64,000 nt of DNA from Pseudanabaena sp. UWO311 (GCA_943371975.1 CALRWX020000001.1:24725-88724), one strand, 5' to 3'; numbered from the stretch's first letter, positions 36,996-46,670 are shown. A program made the numbers and translations. The notes: generated by a model not told the origin, from the sequence alone.

Positions 36996-37832
36996 CTAAC
37001 CCACTTTGCGCTCAGTTACTAAAGTTAAATTTGTCCATTCACCATGCCGATCATAGGTGCGAATCATACGATGGTGAAGGTTTGACTCTAATAGCCAAGA
37101 AATCGATAGGGGGAATGGCTGACGTGAGTTGATTGTTTTAGGGCAAGTTAACGATGCACCATCGGGCAGAAATAGAGTTTGAATGGATAGGTTCTCCTGA
37201 TTAAAATATAAGATTTGTGGATTAGATTGATCGATTTGGGCGATTGAAGTAATTATTTGCTTGCCTGCGGCAGTTGTCATATGCAAAGACAGAATGGCGC
37301 GATCGCCTTCGCGTTGCCATTCTGTAACTGTTGGTGTCACCTCTGGAGCCAACCAGTTCGGAGATAGGGTAATAGATTCACCTTCCCATCTGCCAAGTAA
37401 TTGGTCGAGGGTCAAGGGTTGGCGTTCGGGTGTGCTGTTTTGGGGTAAATGCTCGCGAATGAGTGTAACGCGCTCTAGTTGACTAGATTTGTCATAGAGA
37501 GGAATCAAGCGTAAACGGCGATCGCCGAAAATCAAACCTAATTCTGCGCCAAACTCAGTAAATGGGGCGAACTGAATAGCTCCTTGCGAGAAAGCACCAT
37601 TCTCAAATAAAATTATACTTTTATTTAAGGTGCGATATTCCAAAACTAAATCCTGTGGCCGCCCATCATAAAAGCGGCGCACGACTTGGTGCATGGTTTG
37701 CTGATCTTCCTTGAGCTCTAGAATAGTTTCACTGGGAATATCTTCTAATATTATGCCCTTTGGTGATAATCGAGTAAAGGAACCCTGCCAACAGCCAAGG
37801 TTCTCTAGTAAGCATTCCCATTGCGATCGCAT
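36996..37832 (-). CDS. DUF3598 family protein (cyanobacteria/plastid lineage)
   Basis: MRSQWECLLENLGCWQGSFTRLSPKG is the characteristic DUF3598 N-terminus. Confidence 0.75.
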   Translation of the reverse strand: MRSQWECLLENLGCWQGSFTRLSPKGIILEDIPSETILELKEDQQTMHQVVRRFYDGRPQDLVLEYRTLNKSIILFENGAFSQGAIQFAPFTEFGAELGLIFGDRRLRLIPLYDKSSQLERVTLIREHLPQNSTPERQPLTLDQLLGRWEGESITLSPNWLAPEVTPTVTEWQREGDRAILSLHMTTAAGKQIITSIAQIDQSNPQILYFNQENLSIQTLFLPDGASLTCPKTINSRQPFPLSISWLLESNLHHRMIRTYDRHGEWTNLTLVTERKVG

Positions 37833-37985
37833 AATTTTATTTAAGATTTTTTGAGTTAACGAACAAGCGACTTAATCTCCTTGTTTATTTTATGGTTTTG
37901 AGTCCCCCAAAATTGTGGAGGTGCAAAGCGAATCCTCAATTTTATGATTGTTTTCTAAGTACAGGACAAAAAGATACAAAAGTAG

Positions 37986-38373
37986 AAAGGAAGGGGTTTT
38001 GTAGAAGATAACCACATCACCAATACCCCCATCATCCTGCGACCCTCTATGAATCTTTTGCTCCTGAGGAAGCTAACCGCATCCTCAAAAACTTGAATTT
38101 CATTACACCCCTAAACACGCGAGTTGGCTTAATGAAGTTGAAATTGAATTCTCGGTTCTATCACGTCAGTGTCTTGACCGTCGTATTCCCACTAAAGAGA
38201 TTCTATCTGAGCAGGTTACCTTCTGGACAGACAACCGTAACTTTCATAAAGCTACTGTTGTCTGGCGCTTCTCTAGTTCCAATGCTAAAGTTAAACTGAA
38301 GTCCTTATACCCCATTATTGAACCTACAAAAGCTGATGTTGAACCTAGCATAGTTAGCTTGGCTCACTACTAG
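37986..38373 (+). pseudogene. IS630-family transposase remnant (5'-truncated, at least 2 frameshifts)
   Basis: Pieces in three frames: VEDNHITNTP | HHPATLYESFAPEEANRILKN | KLEFHYTPKHASWLNEVEIEFSVLSRQCLDRRIPTKEIL...*. The HYTPKHxSWLN-x-EIxFS motif is the C-terminal DDE region of IS630-type transposases. Confidence 0.75.
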
Positions 38374-38546
38374 GATAAAATGCCAGTCTTAAGCCATTTT
38401 TGCGTGAGTCCTATTGGATAACACTTATGCCAAAAACTGATTAAGCCCTAGCGCTTCTCCCCTAAGAGAAATGTTAGGGCTTAATCAGAATTGTCCTTAG
38501 TTTTTCCTTAGTTTTAATGTCAGCTTAAGTGCTGCACTTGCTATAG

Positions 38547-38564
38547 AATACTAGATCTAGTATT
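38547..38564. promoter_or_regulatory. perfect 18-bp palindrome (candidate operator) 28 nt upstream of the aminotransferase start
   Basis: aatactagatctagtatt, overlapping a tatagaat -10-like box at 38542-38549. Confidence 0.35.
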
Positions 38565-38591
38565 TAACCAAGCATTACAAGATTTCGACTC

Positions 38592-39743
38592 ATGGAAGAT
38601 AAGTTGATGTTGATGATCCCAGGTCCAACACCTGTGCCTGAACAGGCGCTGTTGGCTCTGGCAAAAGCTCCGATCGGACACCGCAGCGGCGATTTTAGCA
38701 AGATCATGGCAGATGTGACTGCTAAGCTCAAATGGCTGCACCAAACCACCAATGATGTATTGATTCTCACCACGAGCGGAACTGGGGCGATCGAAGCTGG
38801 CATCATTAATTTCTTAAGCAAAGGCGATCGCGTCCTTGTTGGGGATAATGGCAAATTCGGCGAACGCTGGGTCGAAGTTGCCCAAGCCTATGGGCTAAAT
38901 GTTGAAGTAATCAAAGCGGAATGGGGCAAACCCCTTAATCCTGAAGATTTCCGAGTCAAGTTAGAAGCTGATACTAACAAAGAAATCAAAGCGGTGGTCA
39001 TCACCCATAGCGAAACTTCGACAGGGGTTCTCAATGACCTTGAGACAATCAATCGCCATGTTAAGGCTCACGAAAAAGCCCTAATTATTGTCGATGCTGT
39101 TACTAGCTTGGGCGCGTTCAATGTTCCTATTGATAAACTTGGTTTGGATGTAGTCGGTTCTGGTTCGCAAAAAGGCTACATGATCCCCCCTGGATTAGGA
39201 TTTGTATCAGTTAGCCCTAAAGCATGGGAAGCATACAAAACTGCCAATCTTCCCAAGTACTATTTTGATTTGGGCAAAGCTCGCAAAGATGCCGCCAAAA
39301 ATTCGACTCCCTTCACTACTTCTGTGAATATGGTGATTGCGTTACAAGCTTCCTTAGAAATTATGCAGCGTGAAGGTTTAGAAAATATTTTTGCCCGTCA
39401 CTTGCGGCATCGTGATGCAACCCGTGCTGCTGTCAAAGCATTGAATTTGGGTCTATTGGCTCCCGATGATGCAGCAAGTGCTTCGATTACTGCGGTTGTA
39501 CCTCCCGAAGGGCTGGAAGCAGAAAAGATTCGCGCCACGATTAAAAAGAAGTTTGATATTGTCCTCGCGGGTGGTCAAGATCACCTTAATGGCAAGATTT
39601 TCCGTATTGGTCATTTAGGCTTTGTTAGCGATCGCGATATTCTTACGGCTATTAGCGCTCTCGAAGCGTCAATTGCGAGCCTTGGTTATACCAATTTCAC
39701 CTATGGTGCTGGTGTCAAGGCAGCGATCGAGGTTTTCGGTTAA
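38592..39743 (+). CDS. class V aminotransferase (alanine--glyoxylate / serine--pyruvate aminotransferase type)
   Basis: LMIPGPTPVP N-terminus and SGSQKGYMIPPGLGF (PLP-lysine). This is the protein historically called 'soluble hydrogenase small subunit' in cyanobacteria. Confidence 0.9.
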   Translation: MEDKLMLMIPGPTPVPEQALLALAKAPIGHRSGDFSKIMADVTAKLKWLHQTTNDVLILTTSGTGAIEAGIINFLSKGDRVLVGDNGKFGERWVEVAQAYGLNVEVIKAEWGKPLNPEDFRVKLEADTNKEIKAVVITHSETSTGVLNDLETINRHVKAHEKALIIVDAVTSLGAFNVPIDKLGLDVVGSGSQKGYMIPPGLGFVSVSPKAWEAYKTANLPKYYFDLGKARKDAAKNSTPFTTSVNMVIALQASLEIMQREGLENIFARHLRHRDATRAAVKALNLGLLAPDDAASASITAVVPPEGLEAEKIRATIKKKFDIVLAGGQDHLNGKIFRIGHLGFVSDRDILTAISALEASIASLGYTNFTYGAGVKAAIEVFG

Positions 39744-39776
39744 ATTCAAGAAGTTTGCAATGCAAAACTCTTAAAT

Positions 39777-39805
39777 AAAAAAGCCTCGCATAGCGAGGCT
39801 TTTTT
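39777..39805. terminator. bidirectional terminator between the convergent aminotransferase and pilin-like genes
   Basis: aaaaaagcctcgc atag cgaggctttttt, with A-run and T-run on the two sides. Confidence 0.85.
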
Positions 39806-40709
39806 ATGGATTGATTCTGATATAAGTATCAGGACAGATATAGTCTTCATCTTGTTTCTTAGGAACTGGTGGGACAGCTTTAGTGGAAATATCACTTTCG
39901 CAAAGAAAGGGCTTAGTTACTTTTTGATTGCTTTCATTACCAACGATCACATAGACAAATCCCGTATAAGCTTTTAATCCATCCTGTAGAGGAATCGCAC
40001 TATGCTGGGCAATTAACCCTGAACCTGTATCTATTACTGTGATTTTGTAACTATAAAATTCCGAATTTAGAGTCAAACCTGATACTAATTGATTAATATC
40101 CGTTGAGAATTGTCCCTTCTCTTGAAATACATTTTGCTGCGATCGCATGATGGCGCGAATATAGGACTTACTCTCAGCCTCACGAATCAATATCGATGAA
40201 GCAATTAAATCGGGAGATCGCAGAATTTTAATATCACTGGCAATATTTGTACTATCAGAAACCTTGGTTAACTGGTGAGGTTGAGTCTCTAAGGTCGTTG
40301 GGCGGGGCTGATTAGGAACCGTATTCGCTATTTTTAACTTCCCATAATTACTAACTTCATAAATGGTTTGGGTAGTGAGATCGCCAAAGGTAAGATCGAG
40401 TTGCTGAGGATTGGTATTTAGATTGACCTTATATCTTCCAGCAATCGCCGTCTTTCCCAACGGTAAGTCATTAGACACAATATAAACATCACCATCAATT
40501 CCATTTTGAGAGTCAAAAATCGCTGTACCATTCTTGAATCCATCTTGATTTTTAAATTCCCAAGTTCCCGATAGTTTTTGATTATTTGCGTCTTTTGGGC
40601 GATCGCCTACACTATTACAACCAATAAACAAGCTAGTACTGATGAGAAATAGTATTGCGATCGATTGGAAAGATCTCACTAAAGCAGGTTTTACATTACT
40701 CATAGCCAA
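39804..40709 (-). CDS. lipoprotein with a C-terminal type-IV-pilin-like G/H family domain
   Basis: Signal peptide plus lipobox (LFIGC). The C-terminal half has EAESKSYIRAIMRSQQNVFQEKGQFSTDINQL ... YSYKI, the pattern I recognise from cyanobacterial pilin-like G/H proteins. Confidence 0.6.
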   Translation of the reverse strand: MAMSNVKPALVRSFQSIAILFLISTSLFIGCNSVGDRPKDANNQKLSGTWEFKNQDGFKNGTAIFDSQNGIDGDVYIVSNDLPLGKTAIAGRYKVNLNTNPQQLDLTFGDLTTQTIYEVSNYGKLKIANTVPNQPRPTTLETQPHQLTKVSDSTNIASDIKILRSPDLIASSILIREAESKSYIRAIMRSQQNVFQEKGQFSTDINQLVSGLTLNSEFYSYKITVIDTGSGLIAQHSAIPLQDGLKAYTGFVYVIVGNESNQKVTKPFLCESDISTKAVPPVPKKQDEDYICPDTYIRINP

Positions 40710-40712
40710 TTT

Positions 40713-41270
40713 CTAGGTAAATAACCGCAGTTCCGAAGTAGGAGAATTTAGGAATAGATCTGCTCTTCTCAGGACTGATGGCGATATTATAATTTGCTTG
40801 AGTGCGACTAATCCTTCACTAATAAATGATTGACAAAGTGCTGCATTATTTCTTTTATTAAAACTGGTCTCATAAAAAACTTCGCGAATACCTGCGGACA
40901 CCACTAGCTTTAAGCAAGAAATACAAGGTTCTAAAGTTACATAAATACTAGCTCCATCGGTGGGAATACCATGTTTGGCAGCTTGGGCGATCGCATTAGC
41001 TTCAGCATGAACAGCTCTTGACGGAAATTCTTTACTAGCATCACAAGTAATGACATTAGGATAGCAATAGCCTTGGGTAGTGCAATGGACTGAACCAGAG
41101 GGCGAGCCGTTATAGCCTGTGGCAAGCACCTGTTTGTTTTTAACGATCACAGCGCCGACAGGAAAAGCTAGACATGTCGATCGCATCGCCGCTATCTTGG
41201 TCAGCAGCATAAAATATTCGTCCCATGTGGGTCTTTGCTGAAAAGTAGCATTGTTGAGCAGTTCTGTCAT
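40713..41270 (-). CDS. deoxycytidylate (dCMP) deaminase, ComEB-like
   Basis: Zinc motifs HAEANAI and PCISCLK, plus N-terminal WDEYFM. Confidence 0.9.
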   Translation of the reverse strand: MTELLNNATFQQRPTWDEYFMLLTKIAAMRSTCLAFPVGAVIVKNKQVLATGYNGSPSGSVHCTTQGYCYPNVITCDASKEFPSRAVHAEANAIAQAAKHGIPTDGASIYVTLEPCISCLKLVVSAGIREVFYETSFNKRNNAALCQSFISEGLVALKQIIISPSVLRRADLFLNSPTSELRLFT

Positions 41271-41371
41271 GAATATGGTTAAACGATTAGGTTGAGATGA
41301 TAGTGCAAAATAGTTTACCTCACAATAAGATCGAATCTGAAAGAGCGACCCACAGGGATGCTCTTTCAGAT

Positions 41372-41461
41372 TTAGGACTTACGCAAGCCTAACCGAATTT
41401 ACTAGGGGTAGATGTAGCGCGTGCTTCGCACGCGCTACATCTACCCCTAGTAAGTCCTAAG
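41372..41461. repeat. dispersed hairpin repeat, family A (TTAGGACTTAC box plus TAGATGTAGCGCGTGC palindrome)
   Basis: ttactaggggtagatgtagcgcgtgc ttc gcacgcgctacatctacccctagtaa is flanked by inverted ttaggacttac boxes. An inverted copy lies at 54178-54250. Confidence 0.85.
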
Positions 41462-41467
41462 ATTGTA

Positions 41468-42649
41468 TTAACTTTGGAGATTTCTTTCTAATTTTTGACT
41501 GGCTTGTGAAAGCGAGAAACAAAACATCCAATAGATTAAAGCAACAAATAGATAGACTTCAGCATAGCGACCGATAAATTCTGGCTGTGATAGCACGGAG
41601 CGTGATACACCCATCAAATCAACAAGACCGACGATCGCTACCAATGATGTATCCTTAAATAAGCCAATAAATTGACCAACAATCGCAGGAATTGATGCTT
41701 TGAGCGCTTGCGGCAAGGTAATTAAAATAATCGTTAAGGGGATATTCAATCCCAATGCTCTGGAGGCTTCGGCTTGACCTTTAGGAATTGACTGCAAACC
41801 ACCGCGCACATTTTCGGCAAGATAGGCGGCACTGAAAAAGACAAAAGCTGCGATCGCTCTTAATACGCGATCAATTTCTAATCCTGCGGGTAAAAATAAA
41901 GGAAGCATTACTTGCGCCATAAATAAAATGCCGATCAATGGCAAGCCACGCACAATTTCAATATAAAAGACGCAAAACCATTTGATGAGAGGCAATGTAC
42001 TTTGTCTTCCCAAAGCCAGCAAAACGCCCAATGGAAAAGAAAAGACAATTCCTGATATGGCGACAATCAAGGTTAAAACTAATCCGTTCCAAACATTTAC
42101 ATCAACGGGAACTAGCCAAAAATTACCACCAATTAACCATAAAGAAATTGGTAAAGAGGCAAACCATGCGATCGCCAAAATTAAAGAACTTGATTCAAAA
42201 CGCTTAACTTGTTGACCGATCACAAAACCCAAGGCGATCGCGCCACTAATTGCTAAGGTCAAAATTTTGAAAATCCCATCAACGGGTAACAAAATCGCCA
42301 AAGCAACTGAAAAAGAACTAATGGAGATCGCTACAGTTCGACTAAATCTACCCCATAGTCCCCATGAAACTCCTGATAGCAAACCTGCGATCACTAAAAT
42401 GCCCCACAGTCGCCAAAATTCTTCGACTGGGTAAAGTCCAACTAAAAATAGTCGCAAATTAGCACTTACTACCGCCCATTGAGCTTTAGTTATAGCCCAT
42501 ATCCAGACATTACTGACTAGCTGATAAATTAGCCAAACACTAAAAACCGTAAGTAAACTATTAAACCAACTACTAAACAGATTTTTTTTTGCCCATTTCA
42601 AAGGGCTTGGCAAGGCTTGTGGCGGCAGTGCAACCGAGTTTTGCGTCAT
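41468..42649 (-). CDS. amino-acid ABC transporter permease (His/Glu/Gln/Arg/opine family, AapM-like long form)
   Basis: 393 aa. An N-terminal TM extension is followed by the EAA-loop region AAYLAENVRGGLQSIPKGQAEASRALGL. Confidence 0.9.
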   Translation of the reverse strand: MTQNSVALPPQALPSPLKWAKKNLFSSWFNSLLTVFSVWLIYQLVSNVWIWAITKAQWAVVSANLRLFLVGLYPVEEFWRLWGILVIAGLLSGVSWGLWGRFSRTVAISISSFSVALAILLPVDGIFKILTLAISGAIALGFVIGQQVKRFESSSLILAIAWFASLPISLWLIGGNFWLVPVDVNVWNGLVLTLIVAISGIVFSFPLGVLLALGRQSTLPLIKWFCVFYIEIVRGLPLIGILFMAQVMLPLFLPAGLEIDRVLRAIAAFVFFSAAYLAENVRGGLQSIPKGQAEASRALGLNIPLTIILITLPQALKASIPAIVGQFIGLFKDTSLVAIVGLVDLMGVSRSVLSQPEFIGRYAEVYLFVALIYWMFCFSLSQASQKLERNLQS

Positions 42650-42706
42650 AGAGGTAATTCCAACAACCTACTTTATAGCGTCCCTCAATTATGCACTTTA
42701 ATCCCC

Positions 42707-42730
42707 CAAAAAGAGGTGCTAAGCACCTCT
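42707..42730 (-). terminator. rho-independent terminator after the 48-aa ORF
   Basis: On the minus strand: agaggtgc tta gcacctct followed by ttttt. Confidence 0.65.
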
Positions 42731-42737
42731 CTATATT

Positions 42738-42884
42738 TTATTTAGAATTTTCCGAGGCGGAATCACCACTGTAAGGTTGTTCACCAGTGGCAGGAAAATT
42801 GTCTTTATTTGGTGTGAAAATCTTCGCGATCGCATCGCTTAAATATTCGACCACATTTATAAATTTTTGCTTTAAACCGTTCAT
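42738..42884 (-). CDS. small protein, 48 aa (not in the supplied ORF track)
   Basis: My translation of the minus strand is MNGLKQKFINVVEYLSDAIAKIFTPNKDNFPATGEQPYSGDSASENSK*. It has an ATG start and its own terminator 8 nt downstream. Confidence 0.45.
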   Translation of the reverse strand: MNGLKQKFINVVEYLSDAIAKIFTPNKDNFPATGEQPYSGDSASENSK

Positions 42885-43140
42885 AACTATCACCATTGAA
42901 GGAATATCTAGAGAACTTGATTTAGGATTATTTTCCTATGTGTATTTTGTATATATTTTAATACTTATAATTGTTAAGGATCGCTGATTTTAAAATCCTG
43001 CAACAATTATTTGAATTTCGACACAGGTTTCAATGTATAAATTTCATTTTTACTGATGTGGAAAAAAGTCGAAAAGAAACCTGAATTTGAACAAAAATCG
43101 AAGACTGAACTACAATTAGTAAAAATGAGTCAAAATCAAA

Positions 43141-43550
43141 GTGTCAGAACAACCTGATAAATTTCCTTACGAAATTTCAGTTCATGCTAAAGAACGCATT
43201 GAGGAAAGAAATATATTGCTAACATGGATACAGGAAACGATAGAAAAACCTGATAAAACAGAACCACATCAAACTGATCCAGAGCTAGAAATAGCATTCA
43301 AAAAATTTGAAAGCTTTAGTGGGCGTGTTTTAAAGATTGTCTACAACAAAAATGTAAGTAGGTCAGCAAAAGAAACCTGTAAATGCCTAGATCCCCGACT
43401 TTTTCTAGGCAAGCAAAGACAATTTGCAAATTCACAAAAAAAGTCGGGGATCTTAATCTTTGCTTCTTAAGTTTTCTTATGCCTAGCTACTTATCTCCAA
43501 TAAGAATTGTTACGGCACATTTTGATCGGAGTATGAAGGGAAAACTATGA
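43141..43550 (+). pseudogene. DUF4258-family toxin-like gene interrupted by a 135-bp MITE
   Basis: The N-terminal part ...EISVHAKERIEERNI...RVLKIVYNKNV (to 43356) and the C-terminal part SPIRIVTAHFDRSMKGKL* (43494-43550) are in different frames. Removing the element plus one TA joins them in frame. Confidence 0.75.
43357..43491. mobile_element. MITE (135 bp) with imperfect terminal inverted repeats and TA target-site duplication
   Basis: TA|agtaggtcagcaaaagaaac ... gttttcttatgcctagctact|TA. It has an internal gatccccgac/gtcggggatc hairpin. Confidence 0.75.
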
Positions 43551-43939
43551 ATATTCAATATGATCAACAAGTTGATGCCGCTTATTTAACTCTAGAGACA
43601 GCAAAGATTGTTGACTCAGAAGAAATACAGCCTAACGTGGTATTTGATTATGATGAGTCAGATCTCGTTGTTGGCATTGAGTTGTTAAGTGTAAAACGAA
43701 ATATTCCTAACTTATTGCAGCTTCTAAAACTTATCCCTACAGGACAGGTAGGTAAAGTAGGCTTTGATTTTCCAGTGTTTCTCGATTTTTTGATTAAGTC
43801 AGTGGATTTAAGCTTGATTGACAAAAAAACAAGGCAAAGGATAGGCATGACAAAAAAATTACTAGAAAATTCATCGAGTATTTTGCGATCAACTCAAGAA
43901 TCCCTAGAGGCTTCTAATCCAAGATTTACGAGAATCTAA
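43547..43939 (+). CDS. DUF2283-domain protein (antitoxin-like partner of DUF4258) with a ~60-aa C-terminal extension
   Basis: MNIQYDQQVDAAYLTLE...DYDESDLVVGIELLS is the DUF2283 pattern. The ATGA start/stop overlap with the upstream gene is typical of TA coupling. Confidence 0.7.
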   Translation: MNIQYDQQVDAAYLTLETAKIVDSEEIQPNVVFDYDESDLVVGIELLSVKRNIPNLLQLLKLIPTGQVGKVGFDFPVFLDFLIKSVDLSLIDKKTRQRIGMTKKLLENSSSILRSTQESLEASNPRFTRI

Positions 43940-44017
43940 AATTTGTTATTGTTATGGGACAGTTTTGAGGGAAAATGTACCTGATTGAGTACAAAAATTT
44001 TTTAAGCAATTTTAACT

Positions 44018-46021
44018 ATGGTCGCTGCACCCTCGAAACCTCAAAGCATTGAGACACTCTCCATTAACTCCATCCGCTTTTTAGCGATCGATGCGGTCGA
44101 AAAAGCCAAATCTGGTCACCCCGGTCTGCCGATGGGCGCAGCACCAATGGCTTTTGTGCTGTTCGATCAGTTCTTAAAGTTTAATCCTAAAAATCCCAAG
44201 TGGGCCGATCGCGATCGATTCGTCCTCTCCGCAGGACATGGCTGTATGTTGCAGTATGCTTTGCTCCACCTCACGGGCTATGACAGCGTAAGCATTGAAG
44301 ACATTAAGCAATTCCGTCAGTGGGGCAGTAAAACCCCAGGACATCCTGAAAACTTTGAAACCGAAGGTGTGGAAGTCACCACGGGGCCTCTTGGTCAAGG
44401 TGTCGGTAATGCGGTGGGCTTAGCGATCGCTGAAGCACATTTGGCGGCGCGTTTCAACAAACCCAATCACACCATTGTCGATCACTATACCTATGTGATC
44501 CTTGGTGATGGTTGCAACATGGAAGGGATCGCTTCGGAAGCAGCTTCCTTGGGCGGACACCTCAAACTCGGTAAGCTGATCATGCTTTATGACAGCAACA
44601 GCATTTCGATTGATGGTAGCACCGACTTAGCCTTTACTGAAGATGTAGGCAAACGCTATGAAGCCTATGGTTGGCACGTAGTTCGCGTTGCGGATGGCAA
44701 CGAAGATCTAGATGCGATCGCTAAGGCTCTCGAAGAAGCTAAATCCGTCAGCGACAAGCCTAGCATCCTGATCGTCACCACCACTATTGGTTACGGTTCT
44801 CCTAAAAAGTCTGGTACTGCGGGTATTCACGGTGCTGCTCTTGGTACTGATGAAGTTGCCGCAACTCGCGCTAACCTCGGTTGGGAATATGCTCCCTTTG
44901 AAGTGCCTGATAACGTTTATAGCCGTTTTCATCAAGCGATCGAGAAGGGCGCTAAAGCGGAAGCTGAATGGAACGATCGCTTTGCTGCTTACGAAAAAGC
45001 CTATCCTGCGGAAGCTGCGGAATTCAAGCGCATTACCTCTGGCAAATTGCCTGAAGGTTGGGAAAAAGCCCTCGATCCAGTTCTCGAAAAGGAAACCTCT
45101 ACACGCTTGCTCTCAGAAGCGGCTTTAAATGCCCTTGCACCAGTATTGCCTGAGCTTTTGGGTGGTTCTGCGGACTTGGCTCACTCCAACATGACCACCG
45201 TTAAGGGATTTGTAGATTTTCAACATGGTTCCTACGAAGGTCGCAACTTCCGTTTTGGCGTTCGTGAACATGCGATGGGCGCAATCATGAATGGCTTAGC
45301 CCTTCATGGTGGTACAATCCCTTATGGTGCAACCTTCCTCGTATTTGCTGACTATTTGCGCGGTGCAATTCGTCTTTCGGCACTAGCTGAAATTGGAGCG
45401 CTGTATATCCTCACCCATGACTCGATCGTTGTCGGTGAAGATGGTCCAACCCACCAGCCTGTAGAAACCGTTGCTTCCTTGCGCGTGATTCCTAACTTGT
45501 TGGTATTACGTCCCGCCGATGCGAAGGAAACCGTTGCTGCTTATCAAATTGCGATCGCCAACCGCAAACGTCCTAGTGCCTTAGCATTCACTCGCCAAAA
45601 CGTGAAGAACCTCGCTGGTACTTCCGTTGAAGGTGCAAAGAAAGGTGGTTACATCGTTGTTGATGCTCCTAATCCTGAATTGATCTTCATCGCCACAGGT
45701 TCGGAACTAGAGTTAGCGGTTAAGGCTGCGGCAATCCTCGCTGCTGAAGGTAAGGCAATCCGTGTTGTTTCCTTCATCTCTCAAGAACTCTTCAATGAGC
45801 AATCGGCTGAGTACAAAGAATCCGTACTTCCTGCTGCCGTCAGAAAGCGCGTCAGTGTTGAAGCTGGTAGCACCTTTGGCTGGCACAAGTATGTGGGCTT
45901 TGAAGGCACAGCGATCGGAATTGACACCTTCGGTGCTTCGGCTCCCGGTCCAATTGTTTATGAGAAGTTTGGCTTCACCGTTGATAACGTCGTTGCTACT
46001 GCGCGTAAAGTTCTTGGTTAA
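44018..46021 (+). CDS. tkt: transketolase
   Basis: 667 aa with SGHPG, the GDGCNMEG ThDP motif and the [16 protein letters not shown] transketolase signature. Confidence 0.95.
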   Translation: MVAAPSKPQSIETLSINSIRFLAIDAVEKAKSGHPGLPMGAAPMAFVLFDQFLKFNPKNPKWADRDRFVLSAGHGCMLQYALLHLTGYDSVSIEDIKQFRQWGSKTPGHPENFETEGVEVTTGPLGQGVGNAVGLAIAEAHLAARFNKPNHTIVDHYTYVILGDGCNMEGIASEAASLGGHLKLGKLIMLYDSNSISIDGSTDLAFTEDVGKRYEAYGWHVVRVADGNEDLDAIAKALEEAKSVSDKPSILIVTTTIGYGSPKKSGTAGIHGAALGTDEVAATRANLGWEYAPFEVPDNVYSRFHQAIEKGAKAEAEWNDRFAAYEKAYPAEAAEFKRITSGKLPEGWEKALDPVLEKETSTRLLSEAALNALAPVLPELLGGSADLAHSNMTTVKGFVDFQHGSYEGRNFRFGVREHAMGAIMNGLALHGGTIPYGATFLVFADYLRGAIRLSALAEIGALYILTHDSIVVGEDGPTHQPVETVASLRVIPNLLVLRPADAKETVAAYQIAIANRKRPSALAFTRQNVKNLAGTSVEGAKKGGYIVVDAPNPELIFIATGSELELAVKAAAILAAEGKAIRVVSFISQELFNEQSAEYKESVLPAAVRKRVSVEAGSTFGWHKYVGFEGTAIGIDTFGASAPGPIVYEKFGFTVDNVVATARKVLG

Positions 46022-46040
46022 TTAACAGAAGTATTTCTAT

Positions 46041-46069
46041 AAAAAAAGCGCACTAGGTGCGCTTTTTTT
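46041..46069 (+). terminator. rho-independent terminator of tkt
   Basis: aaaaaaagcgcac tag gtgcgcttttttt. Confidence 0.9.
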
Positions 46070-46120
46070 ATGTCTACGGTTTATGAGATAGCCGCTAAAT
46101 CAAGATTAGAATAGCTTGAG

Positions 46121-46602
46121 ATGATGATCACAGGAGCAACTCTGATGAATCAAACAATTGCACCGCCATTGACTTTATACGATCGCGATCTTGATTTGTG
46201 GTTAGAAACGGCGATCGCACAATTAAAGGCGGGTGACTTTCACAATCTTGATGTCGAAAATTTAATAGATGAATTAGAAGGCTTGTCGGGTATTAACAAA
46301 CGTTAGAGCATAGGTTAGAGGGTTTGATCGAGCATATTCTCAAGCGCTGCTATGTCAATATGTTTGAATGTCACCGAGGTTGGCTATTGACAATATTTGA
46401 TCAACGCAGGGATATGAATAAACTGGTTCGCCAATCTCCAAGCCTCAAACGTCACTTTATAAAAATGTTTGATGATTGCTTTGAAACTTCTTTAAAGCGG
46501 ATCAAGATTGAAAATCCTGATTACCAATTTCCTGATAAATGGCAATTTGGGAGCGATATTGACGCGATGCTAAATGTTGATTTTTGGGAAGAGACAAAGT
46601 AA
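46121..46602 (+). pseudogene. DUF29-family gene split by a single frameshift near 46295-46305
   Basis: ORF 46121-46306 (...LYDRDLDLWLETAIAQLKAGDFHNLDVENLIDELEGLSGINKR*) continues in another frame as TLEHRLEGLIEHILKRCYV...SPSLKRHF... (to 46602). Together they form one DUF29 protein. Confidence 0.7.
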
Positions 46603-46670
46603 GTCTATGACCGTAAACGCAGAACGTTATACATATCGAAATCTATAGCAATTCGATATGATTTAAAACA

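Noticed and set aside
42787-42987. 66-aa plus-strand ORF
   Set aside because: It is antisense to the better-supported 48-aa ORF that has its own terminator. Its composition is hydrophobic and low-complexity, typical of AT-rich shadow ORFs.
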